64,000 nt of DNA from a virus. The notes beneath the pieces were generated by a model. It had not been told where the DNA came from and did no database searches. It was given only the letters and a program-made list of their open reading frames with translations. Where the stretch lies: the IMG/VR virus record IMGVR_UViG_3300021171_000008, positions 1-64,000 of that record. The stretch is one strand, 5' to 3'. The position numbers were made by a program, and so were the translations under genes. This document shows, piece after piece, positions 52,615 through 62,762 of this stretch; position 1 is the first letter of the stretch, and every line of letters starts with the position of its first letter.

Positions 52615-52884
52615 GGCAAGGCAGGCACGGTTAGGTGGGGCCGGGTAAGGCGAGGCAGGGTCAGGTTAGGTCCGGTGAGGCAGAGCAAGGCAGGCGCGGC
52701 TGGGCTGGGCAAGCCTTGGGCGGCATGGCTGGGCGCGCTTTGGTATGGCTCGGCAGGGCTCGGCAGGCACGGCGTGGCAAGGCGCGGCGAGGCTTGTCAA
52801 GGCATGGCTGGGCTAGGCGAGGCAGGCGAGGCAAGGCGAGGCTCGGTCTGGTGCGGCCGGGTCAGGCGAGGCAGGCCATGGCAC
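52615..52884 (+). ncRNA. Main GGY-NN pentamer array (four units separated by GGCA), putative guide RNAs
   Basis: About 50 GGY-NN units starting 10 nt after the partner gene stop and ending at a terminator. Confidence 0.85.
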
Positions 52885-52889
52885 GGGGG

Positions 52890-52915
52890 AGGGGGCGGCT
52901 TCGGCCGCCCCCTTT
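52890..52915 (+). terminator. Intrinsic terminator after array
   Basis: AGGGGGCGGC-TTCG-GCCGCCCCCT-TT. Confidence 0.8.
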
Positions 52916-53566
52916 CTATTTGTCGACCATCCTCGACACGACCGATCGCGTGAACGGGCGGCCGGACGAGCTGACAAAGCCCTGGTTCGCCAGCGCTGCG
53001 CGCACCGCGTTGAGCGATGCGCCTGCCTGACGCAGCTGCTTTGCGATCTTGGTCATCTTCGGGTCCATTTCGGCCCAGGATTTTCTGCCCTCGCACTTGC
53101 CGGTCGTGGCCTTCTTGCGGTCGCGCGCCGCCTTGAGCTTGGCGACCGTCAATGCCCGGTCGAACTCAGCGACCGCGCCCAGGATCTGCCGGACCAGGGA
53201 CGCCGTCGGCGTGTCCTCGACGAAGCTCCCAGGCGAATCGACGGCGACCAACTCGACGCCGAGATCTTGAAGCATCTTCCAGCCGGTTTCCTGCACCATG
53301 AGATCGCGGGCGAAGCGGTTGGCGGTCTCGACGAGGATCGTTCTCACGCCATTCCCGGCGATCCGCTGGAGCATGAGGCCGAAGCCCTCCCGCTGGGTGA
53401 CCGGATCGGCGCCGGAGACGGCGGCGTCGTAATATTCGGCGACGATCGAGATATCGTTTCGCTCGGCGAACTGGCGGACGGCCCGCTCTTGGCGGCCGAG
53501 GCTGTCCTTGTCGACGCCGACGTTGGTGGCGGACGAGGTTCGGAAGTAGGCGACGGCTTTTTTCAC
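52916..53566 (-). CDS. Serine recombinase (resolvase family) with C-terminal HTH
   Basis: AVAYFRTSS, SLGRQ, DAAVSG, NRFARD, ILGAVAEFDR. Confidence 0.9.
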   Translation of the reverse strand: MKKAVAYFRTSSATNVGVDKDSLGRQERAVRQFAERNDISIVAEYYDAAVSGADPVTQREGFGLMLQRIAGNGVRTILVETANRFARDLMVQETGWKMLQDLGVELVAVDSPGSFVEDTPTASLVRQILGAVAEFDRALTVAKLKAARDRKKATTGKCEGRKSWAEMDPKMTKIAKQLRQAGASLNAVRAALANQGFVSSSGRPFTRSVVSRMVDK

Positions 53567-54287
53567 TGCTAAACTCCTGTTGGCGACCGAGTCGCCTTTC
53601 TCCTGTTGATGACGGGGGCCGCCGCGAATCCGCAGGCGCGGCGGCCTTTCTCGTTAGCTGGCGGCGGATCACGAGCACCCCAGGTTTAGTCCCCAGGAGC
53701 GGCAAGCCGATGCCGTGTCCGCCTGTTTCTCATATAGCGCATTGCGAGACAGGTTGCAAGTTCTGCAAATCGACGTATCGTGCAAATCAGCGGAGACTCT
53801 TGTCCCGCTCGGGCGGTTCGCGAGCGAAACCCGCCCCCCGGATATCGCGATGGGGCCGCCCGTCCTTTTGGAGGAAACCAAGTGAGCGAAACGAAGGAAA
53901 TTGTTGAACGATTGAACCGTCTGTTGAAGACGGTCAGCCGGGTGATCGGGCTCGATATCGAGGTCGAGGAATCCGGCGATCACCTGATTTTCATCGACGC
54001 GGACGGCGAGCCGATCACGAATGACGGCGAAGAAATTATCGCCGCGACGCCGCAAGAGCTTGAGGCGAAGACGTTCCTCGTCGACTTCCCGGTTCGGGCG
54101 TTCCGGGCGGGCATGATGGCCAAGTATCAGGACATCTCCAGGGCGAGGTCAGAGCCATGAGCGTCTTTCTGGACGAGCTGGACGAGCTGATCGAGTCGAC
54201 GATCGAGGATGGCTCCATGACGAAGGACGCGATCATCGCCGATCTGGAGCTGAAGGTGGCGATGCTCAAGGAGGAGAAGGGCGACTC

Positions 54288-54644
54288 ATGATCGAGATCG
54301 GACGACGCGGATTCATCACTGGGCTTGCCGCTCTCGTCGCCGCTCCGGCGATCATTCGCGTCGCGCCGCTCATGCCGATCTCGACGCGGCTCACCCCGCT
54401 CTATGTGCCGATCGATTGGCTCGCGGATGCGATCATCGACATGGGGAATCGGGTTGAGAGGACCGGGTTGGGGAAGCTTGAGAGGATCGAGTTGGAGAGG
54501 CTTGAGAGGATCGAGTTGGAGAAGCATGCGTGGTCGAGGCCGCTGGCGGACAACTGGATCAATCTCCGCGATTACGATCCTGACTTCGTCCGGCAATGGA
54601 CCGGCAATGGCGAACTCACGAGTCCGGAGTACTGGCTGTCATGA
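54288..54644 (+). CDS. Small protein with twin-arginine-like leader
   Basis: IGRRGFITGLAALVAAPA; internal LERIE duplication. Confidence 0.5.
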   Translation: MIEIGRRGFITGLAALVAAPAIIRVAPLMPISTRLTPLYVPIDWLADAIIDMGNRVERTGLGKLERIELERLERIELEKHAWSRPLADNWINLRDYDPDFVRQWTGNGELTSPEYWLS

Positions 54645-55569
54645 GCGACGACTTAAATGGCGTGCCGGACAATCAACTCTTGAATCGCGCCGCGCGACTC
54701 AACGCCGAGTTACGTCGAGGGCGTAGACTGGTGAAAGAGGGTGAGGGGATCATCAGGGCAACCATTGGGGAATTTGTCGCCCATCAGAACGAACTCCAGT
54801 CTCGGGCGTCCCAACGCCTCGAACAAGAGACAGACAGGTTGGAGACGGTATGAGCGAGCATCAGCTCCGCCAGCAGGCTAAGATCCGCAGCGCTTTCGAG
54901 GTGCGGCCCATCCTCGACAGGATCGCGGGCAAGATCGGCGAGTTCCACGGCGTCGTGCTCGGCGTCGGTCATACGCCCGAGGGGCTGTTCTTCATCAACC
55001 AGCTCGGCGAGATCGTGCGCGACGGCCCGGTGCACCTGATCGCTTGCAGCGAAGAGGAGATCGGGAGCGGCGAATTTTTGAAATTTTTCACGCCGAGATG
55101 CTTCTATGCCGCGCTGTGCGAGGCCTTCGCCCAGGACTATGTCCGGAGGCAGATGGGCGGCATCAATTGACCTTCACGAATCGAGAGCTGGAAAAGTGCG
55201 CGGCGCGCGAAGTGGCGATGCGCAAGAACGTGTTCGGCAAACGGGGCATCGGCCCGAAAGAGGAGCGCGAGATCGCCCTGATGGAGGCAATCGCCGCGCA
55301 TTTCAAAAAGCTTGCCGACCAAGCGCTGGCCGACCAAGCGCTGGCCGGACCGACGGGCGACTTCCCGCACGGCAAGCTCAGCCCTGATGATGAGGGCGGA
55401 ATCAACGTCGCGCTCAGCCACTTTAACGCTCCGGACGGCACTCGCATGGTGCGGCTAGACTACGGCAAAGAGGTCGCGTGGCTGGCGTTGCAGCGCGAGG
55501 AAGCGGTTGCGTTTGCGTCTCTCATCCTGCGACATGCCGGAGTGGGAATCGAGATCGGAGCCATGGGCG

Positions 55570-55812
55570 ATGCCGGCGATCCTAGAGAAGGCGGTCAAAG
55601 CCATTAAGAAATCGAGCCCTGGCGTGAACCCGTGGGCTGTGGCGACGAGTACGCTGCAAAAGGCGGGCGAGCTGAAGAAGGGCACGAATCAGCCGACTAA
55701 GCTTGGCGTGAAGCGCGGCAAGATGTCGCGCGCAGAGCGGCACGCGAAGCCGCTCGCGATCGGCGGCGCGGCGAAGGCGCCCTCACTCGGGAGAACTGGG
55801 CGCCATGGCTGA
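55570..55812 (+). CDS. Small basic protein
   Basis: Ends GGAAKAPSLGRTGR, shared with ORF 62867. Confidence 0.55.
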   Translation: MPAILEKAVKAIKKSSPGVNPWAVATSTLQKAGELKKGTNQPTKLGVKRGKMSRAERHAKPLAIGGAAKAPSLGRTGRHG

Positions 55813-56451
55813 CGAGATCGAACCGACTCAGCCGCCGCCGCCCAAGGCTGCTCCGGCAGTGGACGAAGGGCTTTCCGCCTGGGCGAATCTAGTCCGCGAC
55901 CATCTTACGGCGCAGAGCGGCGTCGAGATCGTTGGAAAGGACGGTGGATCGGTCCATTTCAAGTTTCGCGGCCAGGAGTTCTCGATGTACATCCAGCGGG
56001 TCCGCTAGCCTGCCTCTTGACGAGTCGCCCAGTCGCTGCGCGAAATCCTCGCCCGCAAGTAGGCGAGGAACCCCATGGCCCAATCTCCCCAACGTCCGGC
56101 GTCGCCCAGTCGGTCCGCGCCGCCCACCCGAGAACCGCCCCCGCGCCATCCCGCGCAGCCGCCGGCCGCCCGTCCTGGCGTTGCCCAGCGCGATCAGCAG
56201 CCCCAGCCGGAACCAGAGCCAGAGAAGGAAGAGAGAGCTGTCAATCCGGCCGAGGCCGGTGCGCTCTTCCGCGCTGGTCACCGCCTCAAGAGACGGGGCG
56301 ATCCACCGGACAAATGGTTCGCGGCGTTCCGACTGCACAACACTCTGGTGATCTGCTACCCGATCGATGACGAGATCGAGAAGCAAGTGCTGGATCAGGA
56401 TCTGGTCCTTGCGGACGAACCGCCTACCCAGTGACGTGACGGAGGTCCGCT

Positions 56452-59208
56452 GTGGCTGGACTCGGTGGACTTGGCGCAATCAGGCTGCCTCCGAGTCCGA
56501 TCGACGGCAGTCTCGATGACCCGGACGACTTAGCGACTCGGTTCGCGCCGAAGGACATCGACCTCGACGCGGACGACGGCGATATCGACTACGACAAGGC
56601 GACCAAGATTGAGACCGAAGACGGCGGCGTTGTCGTTTTTGTCGGTCCCAGGCGCATCGCGAAAGAGGATACGGAGTTCGGCGACAACCTCGCCGAATCG
56701 CTCCCCGAGACCCAGCTCAACTCGATCGCCGACGAGCTGATCCGGCTCATCGAACAGGACAACGAATCCCGCCGCGAGTGGCTCGACACGCGCGCTCGCG
56801 GCATGGAGCTAATGGGGCTGCGCATCGAGGCCATGCGCTCGAACGGCAGTGATGGCAGTGCGCCGCTGGAGGGCCAGTCGCAGATCCGGGCGACGCTACT
56901 GGCGGAAGCGGTAATCCGATTCGGCGCCAACGCCTTCGCCGAGTTGTGCCCCAGCGATGGGCCAGCCAAAGTCTCCGAAGACACATCGGGCTCGACTGAA
57001 GATCTCGACGTGCTTTCCAGTGCGTTGGAGCACGATCTCAATCACTACTTGACCACCACCGACAAGGTTTGGGTTCCCGACACGGACCAGATGCTCCTCA
57101 GAGTGGGTCTCGATGGGTGTGTCTTCAAGAAAATATACCATGACCCGATCCTTAGAAGGCCGGTAAGTCGTGCGGTATTCGGCGATGATCTGATCGTCAA
57201 CAATTCCTCTACTTCGATCTATGACGCGGGCCGAATCACCCACCGGGTTTTCATGCGGCCCAGCATGATACGTCGGATGCAGCTCTGCGGAGCTTATCGC
57301 GACTGCGATCTGAGCGAACCTGGGTACATCGAGAAGACGCCGACCGAGATGCAATCGGAGCAGATCTCAGGCATCCGCAAATATGATTCCTGGGAACAGG
57401 ACGATCGTGATCATGAGATCCTCGAAACCTATTGTGAACTCGATCTGGAGGGGTTCGAGCACGAGACCGACGGCGAGCCGGATGGCTTGGCGGTCCCCTA
57501 CAAAGTGGCGATCCACAAGGAGACAAGAACAATCCTCGATATGCGGAGGAATTGGAACGAAGACGACGAGATGTGTTTGCCGAAAACGTATTTCGTACAG
57601 TTTCCGTTCATCCGTGGCTTCGGATTTTATGCTATTGGCCTCTCGCATCTACTTGGCAATATTACGAACGGCATCACGGCTGCTTGGCGAGAGATCGTCG
57701 ACGCCGGCATGTTCGCCAACTTTCCTGGCCTTCTAGTTGCAAAAGGCGCGGCTAGACAGAATAACAACATATTCAGGATTCCGCCAGGGGGCTCGGCTGA
57801 AGTCGAGACTGGGGGTTTGCCCATCCAACAAGTTGCGATGGGCATGCCGTACAAATCCCCGGACGCGGTCTGGACGAGCTTCGTCCAGCAGCTCAACCAA
57901 GAGGGCAAGAGCCTCGGCGGCACGGCTGAGATCATGGTCGGCGAGGGCCGCCAGGACGCGCCGGTTGGCACCACGCTGGCGTTGATCGAACAGGCGATTA
58001 AACCGCTCATGGCGACGCACAAGCGGTTGTGCGCGGCCCAGTCCGACGAGCTTCAGCTCCTGTGCGAGCGCTTCAAGGAGGACCCCGAGGCGTTTTGGCG
58101 CGCGAACAAGCGGATGGCCTGGGATTGGGACTCGCAAGTCTTCCTCCTGGCGCTCGAACGGAGCGAAATTGTCACCCGCGCGGACCCGAATACGGCCTCG
58201 CACCTCCAGAGGATGCTGCGCAACGCGGCCCTCTATCAGATGGCGAAGGACGAACCGGGCGCCTTCAACGTCACCGTGATCCGCCGCATGTGCATTCGCG
58301 GCATCGGCTTCTCGAACCCGGACCAGTTCATCAATCCGATGCCGCAAGGGCCGCCGCCGGACCCGAAAGCGCAGGCTGCGATGCTGACGGGCCAAGCGGC
58401 GATGCTCGACGCGAACACGCGAGCCGGCCAGCTCCAGTTCGACAAGCAGAACGCGCCGCTTGAGGCGCAGCGGCAACAGGTCGAGAGCCAGACCAAGATC
58501 GAGACGTCGAAGATGGCGCTGCAAAAGCAGCAGCTCGCGACCAAGACCGCTGGTTTCCAGGCTCAGAATGAGGCCCGCAAGCCGCAAATGGAGCAAGCGA
58601 AGCAGGTTCACGAGAGCCAGGAGGCTCAAGCCGATCGCGCGCACGACACGGCGAAGCAATTGCGCGATCAGGCGCACGAAATGAACCTGGAGAGGGGCGG
58701 CTGGGCGCACGAAGACCAGCTCCACGCGCGCGATCAGCAGCATGAGACCCAGATGGGCGTCCGCGATCAGATGCACGAGCGGGTGATGGGCGCGCAACAG
58801 CAGCAATTCGAGGCTCATCAGGGCGCGCAGGACCGCCAAATGGACGCCGCGAACGCGCAGCAGGACCGCGTGCACGAAGATCGGATGGGTCAGCGCGAGC
58901 AAGCGGTCGAATCGCAGCGCGAAGAGCGCGGCATGCAGCATGAAGAGCACATGAGCGAGCGCTCGCAGCAGCATGAGCGCGTCATGGGCCAGCAACAGGC
59001 TCGTGCAAAGATCCAAGAGGTGAAAGCGCGGCCTCAACCGCAGCGATCGAGCAGCTCGGGCTCAGATCGGCAGAAACGGGCGAGCGGCGGCTCGGTCCAT
59101 CATCAGATTGACACGCCCTACGGCATGGCGCGGCGGGCTCCTGACGGTGAATTTTACGTCCAGCATCCTCACACCGGGCAATATTTCAGGATTCGGAGGC
59201 GAGCATGA
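56452..59208 (+). CDS. Portal protein with Gln/His-rich C-terminal extension
   Basis: DNESRREW, FKKIYHD, YFVQFPFIRGFGFYAIGL..LG, APVGTTLALIE; downstream of terminase. Confidence 0.85.
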   Translation: MAGLGGLGAIRLPPSPIDGSLDDPDDLATRFAPKDIDLDADDGDIDYDKATKIETEDGGVVVFVGPRRIAKEDTEFGDNLAESLPETQLNSIADELIRLIEQDNESRREWLDTRARGMELMGLRIEAMRSNGSDGSAPLEGQSQIRATLLAEAVIRFGANAFAELCPSDGPAKVSEDTSGSTEDLDVLSSALEHDLNHYLTTTDKVWVPDTDQMLLRVGLDGCVFKKIYHDPILRRPVSRAVFGDDLIVNNSSTSIYDAGRITHRVFMRPSMIRRMQLCGAYRDCDLSEPGYIEKTPTEMQSEQISGIRKYDSWEQDDRDHEILETYCELDLEGFEHETDGEPDGLAVPYKVAIHKETRTILDMRRNWNEDDEMCLPKTYFVQFPFIRGFGFYAIGLSHLLGNITNGITAAWREIVDAGMFANFPGLLVAKGAARQNNNIFRIPPGGSAEVETGGLPIQQVAMGMPYKSPDAVWTSFVQQLNQEGKSLGGTAEIMVGEGRQDAPVGTTLALIEQAIKPLMATHKRLCAAQSDELQLLCERFKEDPEAFWRANKRMAWDWDSQVFLLALERSEIVTRADPNTASHLQRMLRNAALYQMAKDEPGAFNVTVIRRMCIRGIGFSNPDQFINPMPQGPPPDPKAQAAMLTGQAAMLDANTRAGQLQFDKQNAPLEAQRQQVESQTKIETSKMALQKQQLATKTAGFQAQNEARKPQMEQAKQVHESQEAQADRAHDTAKQLRDQAHEMNLERGGWAHEDQLHARDQQHETQMGVRDQMHERVMGAQQQQFEAHQGAQDRQMDAANAQQDRVHEDRMGQREQAVESQREERGMQHEEHMSERSQQHERVMGQQQARAKIQEVKARPQPQRSSSSGSDRQKRASGGSVHHQIDTPYGMARRAPDGEFYVQHPHTGQYFRIRRRA

Positions 59209-59466
59209 GCCAAGCACTCGATCCCCAGGAAGCGGCCACCCTGTTTTACTCGGGCTCGGTGATGGCTTTTGTTGGCGCGCCCACAGAGAGCTTCGTTTGC
59301 GGTCAATGGCAGGGCCAGCGCGCCATGGTCTTCCCGATTCCGTTCGATGACCCGGTCGCCTACTTCACCGCTCACCCAGTTATGCTTTTCAACCCGGACG
59401 CGCCTGGAATGACGGCGACGATCACGGTCGGAACTCCCTACACGCCGGCTCACAAGGAGAGGAAAC

Positions 59467-59907
59467 ATGGTCGAACTTAACACTGGACAATCTGTCGATC
59501 TGACCGTCGCCTACACCGATGCTCAGGGCGCACCCGCCCACCCGCCTGGGCCGGTCAATTGGACCTCGTCTTCCCCCTCGATCGCGACCGTCTCGGCCGG
59601 GGACGATGACACCCAGGCGACCGTGGTTTCGGTTGCCGATGGACCCGCGACCATCACCGCCGAGTCGAACGGGATCACTTGCGCCATCGATCTGATGGTT
59701 GGCGGAGGCGAGGCCGGGGCGAGTGAGGGGGAAATCACGGCCGGCGAGCCCTACGACACGACGGGGACGCCGGTACAGCCTCTGCCGGATCAGCCGCCCC
59801 CAGGCCCTGGTTGGCTACCGGGTCAGCGGCCAGGGGTGCAGCGGCCGGGTCAGCCGGCCCCGCGACCGGGTCAGCCGGTGGTGCGGACAACGACGATTCG
59901 CAGGTAA
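59467..59907 (+). CDS. Ig-like (Big_2) domain virion protein
   Basis: VNWTSSSPSIATV..GPATITAESNG. Confidence 0.7.
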   Translation: MVELNTGQSVDLTVAYTDAQGAPAHPPGPVNWTSSSPSIATVSAGDDDTQATVVSVADGPATITAESNGITCAIDLMVGGGEAGASEGEITAGEPYDTTGTPVQPLPDQPPPGPGWLPGQRPGVQRPGQPAPRPGQPVVRTTTIRR

Positions 59908-62232
59908 ATGGTCGACGATCTCGGCGACTATGATGTCACCCCTGTCGAGGGAAACCCCTTCGGCTCGATGGCGTCGTCGCCGAACGACTACGACGTCTCG
60001 CCGGTCGATCACGATCCTTTCGCTGGCGCTGGCGAAAACCCGGCGCCAGACCAATTTGAGCTAGCCTCGCGGCAGCCCGAGGCCACGCCGTCGAGCGCAG
60101 GCAGGCCACCGCTCGATCCTGGCGATCGCGATCTCCTCATCAAAACGGTTTTCGGCGAGGCGAGCGGCGAGCCGCCGCTTGGTCAGGCTGGCATCGCCCA
60201 CGCCATCCTGAACCGGGTCCGCGCTGGCGACTATGGCTCGGGGATCGCGGGCGTCGTGAAGGCTCCGGCTGCCGGCTTGAACCCGCGCCTTGGCTACCAT
60301 GAGTTTTCGCCCTGGAACACGGGGCGCGCCACCGAGGGCAATCCCACCGCGCAGCACCTCTCGCCAGACAATCCGAATCCGGTTCTGGCCAGGGCCTACC
60401 GCAACATCGGCGACGTCGTCGACAAGGCCTATTCGGGTCTCATACCCGATCCGACCGGCGGCGCGACCCACTATTACGGGCGTATGCGCGGTCACCCGTC
60501 TTGGTCGCCGCCGCTCGCCGCGCAGAATCAGGTCCGGATCGGGGGCACGACGTTCGTCGGCCGCGAGCACGGCCCAGGCGAAATAGCGAGCCAGACGGCC
60601 AGCGGCTACGCTGGCGGCGGTCCAGTGCAGCTCAACGCAGACTTGCGGCGCCGCCTCTCGATGATCACGCGGCCTCGCTTCGCCGAGGGCGGCGCGCCGG
60701 ACGATGATCCACTGGGCTCCAGTGTCACCATGGCGTCTGACCAAACCGCCGACGCGCCCATTGCCTACACGCCTGAAGACATCGACCAACCGGGGCCGAT
60801 GACGGAAACGCTGGCCCATTACGCAGGGAACCCGGCGCACGCGATGCCGATGCGGGTCGGCGCCGCGATCGGCGAGGAGGCCAAGCGCATGGGGCAGGGG
60901 CTCTGGAGCGCGGCCACGGTCCCTGGCGACGTCGCTACCGGCAAAGCCTCGATGGCGGACCCGGAAACACAGCAGCGGGTCACGAGCCTCGCCGCGTCGT
61001 TGCCAGGAGGGGGGCCGGAGGCGGCGCTCGGCGCGCGCGGGCCGGTTGGCGCGGCGGCCAAGGCGGTCAAGGGCGCTCCGGCGACGCGCGAGCTTAATGT
61101 CTGGAATCCGACGACCGGCCTGTGGGAGGGCCCGAAGCCGACGCTGAACCCGCCGGAGGGCGTGCATTACGATCCGATGTTCAATTTCGATCCGGCTTTG
61201 ATGAACAAGGTGCCGGACGTGCCGCAGTTTGAATTGCAGCGCTATGACCCGCCGCGTGGCGTCTCGGACCGCATGCGCGATCTGGTGACCAACTCGGACG
61301 TCCGCGCTCAGATGATCGGCATCGTCCGCAACGGCATGCAAACGGTGGGGCTGAGCTGGTACAATACCGGCCAGCTTCGCGCGATGTTCTTAAAGGAGCT
61401 TGGCGACGACGCCGGCCAGCAGGCGTTCGAGAAGTATATGAACCTCGTGTCGGCCACGAGCCCCGAGAATAAAATCCCGCAGAACATCCGGACTGCCAGC
61501 TATTTCTATGAGCGCGACGCCGCAGGCGTGCCGCCGCCGGAAAGAGGGGACCCGATCGCGCAGCCTTACGGCTCGAAAGCGCAGAAGCTGCATCAGCAAA
61601 ACGTGGGCAACGTCCTGACCGAGGGCTACGACGTCCTCAAGAACCCGAAGCCGCCGTCCTTCGTTCAGAATTTGATGGGCAATTACGCCCCCGGCACGAT
61701 GGACCGGCACGCCTTCAAGTTGCCAGCGATTCTCTCGCGTGATCCGCGTTTCTTGGAGACGTCGTTCACGCCGGAAAAGGGCGTGGAGCCGGTGCGCCCA
61801 CAACGGATGTTCCAAAACGGTGAACTGTCGATAGACGACGCCGTCAATCAGCCGACGATGTGGGCTGGCATGCCGAACAAGAACGAGTATGCCGCGCTTG
61901 AGGGCTGGTACAAGTCGATCGGCGACGAGCTGGGGATCACGCCTGCCCAGGTGCAGGCGTCGGCCTGGGTTGGCGGGGGACATATCACGGGTCTGGCCTC
62001 GGCCGCCGACGAGACCTTCCTGCATTCCTTCCAGGGACGGGTGTTCAATACCGCTCACCACACCGGCCAAACGCCCTCAGAGGTGGTCAAGCGGATGATC
62101 AGGGGCGAGCAGCCTTTGCTTTCCGGCGGGCCGGGGATGGCTCCGACAGCAGCTCAAACTTCGACGGCTGGGGCGGGAGGTTCGCCTCCGCCACCATCTG
62201 ATCAAGCAGAGCCCGGACATCCGTTTTATTGA
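59908..62232 (+). CDS. Multidomain virion protein: SleB/Hydrolase_2 cell-wall hydrolase plus uncharacterised C-terminal domain
   Basis: TVFGEASGEP..ILNRV..EFSPWN..DPTGGATHYY; C-terminal SATSP..FVQNLMG..MDRHA..TPAQVQASAW. Confidence 0.7.
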   Translation: MVDDLGDYDVTPVEGNPFGSMASSPNDYDVSPVDHDPFAGAGENPAPDQFELASRQPEATPSSAGRPPLDPGDRDLLIKTVFGEASGEPPLGQAGIAHAILNRVRAGDYGSGIAGVVKAPAAGLNPRLGYHEFSPWNTGRATEGNPTAQHLSPDNPNPVLARAYRNIGDVVDKAYSGLIPDPTGGATHYYGRMRGHPSWSPPLAAQNQVRIGGTTFVGREHGPGEIASQTASGYAGGGPVQLNADLRRRLSMITRPRFAEGGAPDDDPLGSSVTMASDQTADAPIAYTPEDIDQPGPMTETLAHYAGNPAHAMPMRVGAAIGEEAKRMGQGLWSAATVPGDVATGKASMADPETQQRVTSLAASLPGGGPEAALGARGPVGAAAKAVKGAPATRELNVWNPTTGLWEGPKPTLNPPEGVHYDPMFNFDPALMNKVPDVPQFELQRYDPPRGVSDRMRDLVTNSDVRAQMIGIVRNGMQTVGLSWYNTGQLRAMFLKELGDDAGQQAFEKYMNLVSATSPENKIPQNIRTASYFYERDAAGVPPPERGDPIAQPYGSKAQKLHQQNVGNVLTEGYDVLKNPKPPSFVQNLMGNYAPGTMDRHAFKLPAILSRDPRFLETSFTPEKGVEPVRPQRMFQNGELSIDDAVNQPTMWAGMPNKNEYAALEGWYKSIGDELGITPAQVQASAWVGGGHITGLASAADETFLHSFQGRVFNTAHHTGQTPSEVVKRMIRGEQPLLSGGPGMAPTAAQTSTAGAGGSPPPPSDQAEPGHPFY

Positions 62233-62684
62233 GAAGCTCGTTGAGCGGCAGCCGCTCAAGCACGGTTCCGCCGTCCTCGCCGAAGACTTCCAGCTCCCAG
62301 CGGCCACCTAAGCTGCCGTGCTCCCGCCAGAGCGGCCAAGCTTTGTAAGCGCTCATCGTCGACTCTCTTTAAGCGCCGGGGCCTTCAGCGGCCTAGTCCC
62401 CGGCAGTCCGTTCTCACCCGCTAGCTTAGGCGTCCGCGAACCTGTATCCCTACTATTTCCGCGCCGTTGGGTCTTTCGGCAACGCGGCGATCAAGCGTTG
62501 GTGGCGCTCATATTCGGCGAGGCCGACGGCGAGGTCGGGGTGCTTTCCGGCATGGATGCTTTGCATCTTGGAGGCAAACCGAACCGGGCCATTGGTCTTG
62601 CCATGTTTGTCGATGTCCTGCGTAAGCGTGCTCATTCGACTCTCCTATTTGCATGACTGGGGCGGGACCCACGGCCCCGCCCCC

Positions 62685-62762
62685 TGCCTGCCTCGCCGCG
62701 CCTTGCCTTGCGCCGCCCTGCCACGCCTCGCCAAGCCTTGCCTTGACAGGCCTTGCCTCGCC
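62685..62762 (-). ncRNA. Stand-alone GGY-NN pentamer array (putative guide RNA unit C)
   Basis: 14 pentamers plus 2 GGCA; promoter TTGCAA-N17-TATCTT (62813-62785); 5' and 3' hairpins. Confidence 0.82.

Noticed and set aside
52615-52884. Array as a classical CRISPR or simple microsatellite
   Set aside because: No 23-47 nt repeats with spacers. The NNs are highly variable and decode to gene sequences, unlike slippage repeats.
52516-53096. Arg/Gly/Ala-rich ORFs over the pentamer arrays (also 8748-8942, 62508-62813)
   Set aside because: Translation artefacts of a 5-nt periodic repeat; no RBS, and the period is not a multiple of 3.
53663-53723. Amber-suppressor tRNA (CUA in a 7-nt loop)
   Set aside because: No U33, T arm or CCA end.
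54241-54270. Reverse-complement match of U2 to DLELKVAMLK
   Set aside because: About 6 of 10, opposite polarity to the four solid matches, and not a conserved gene.
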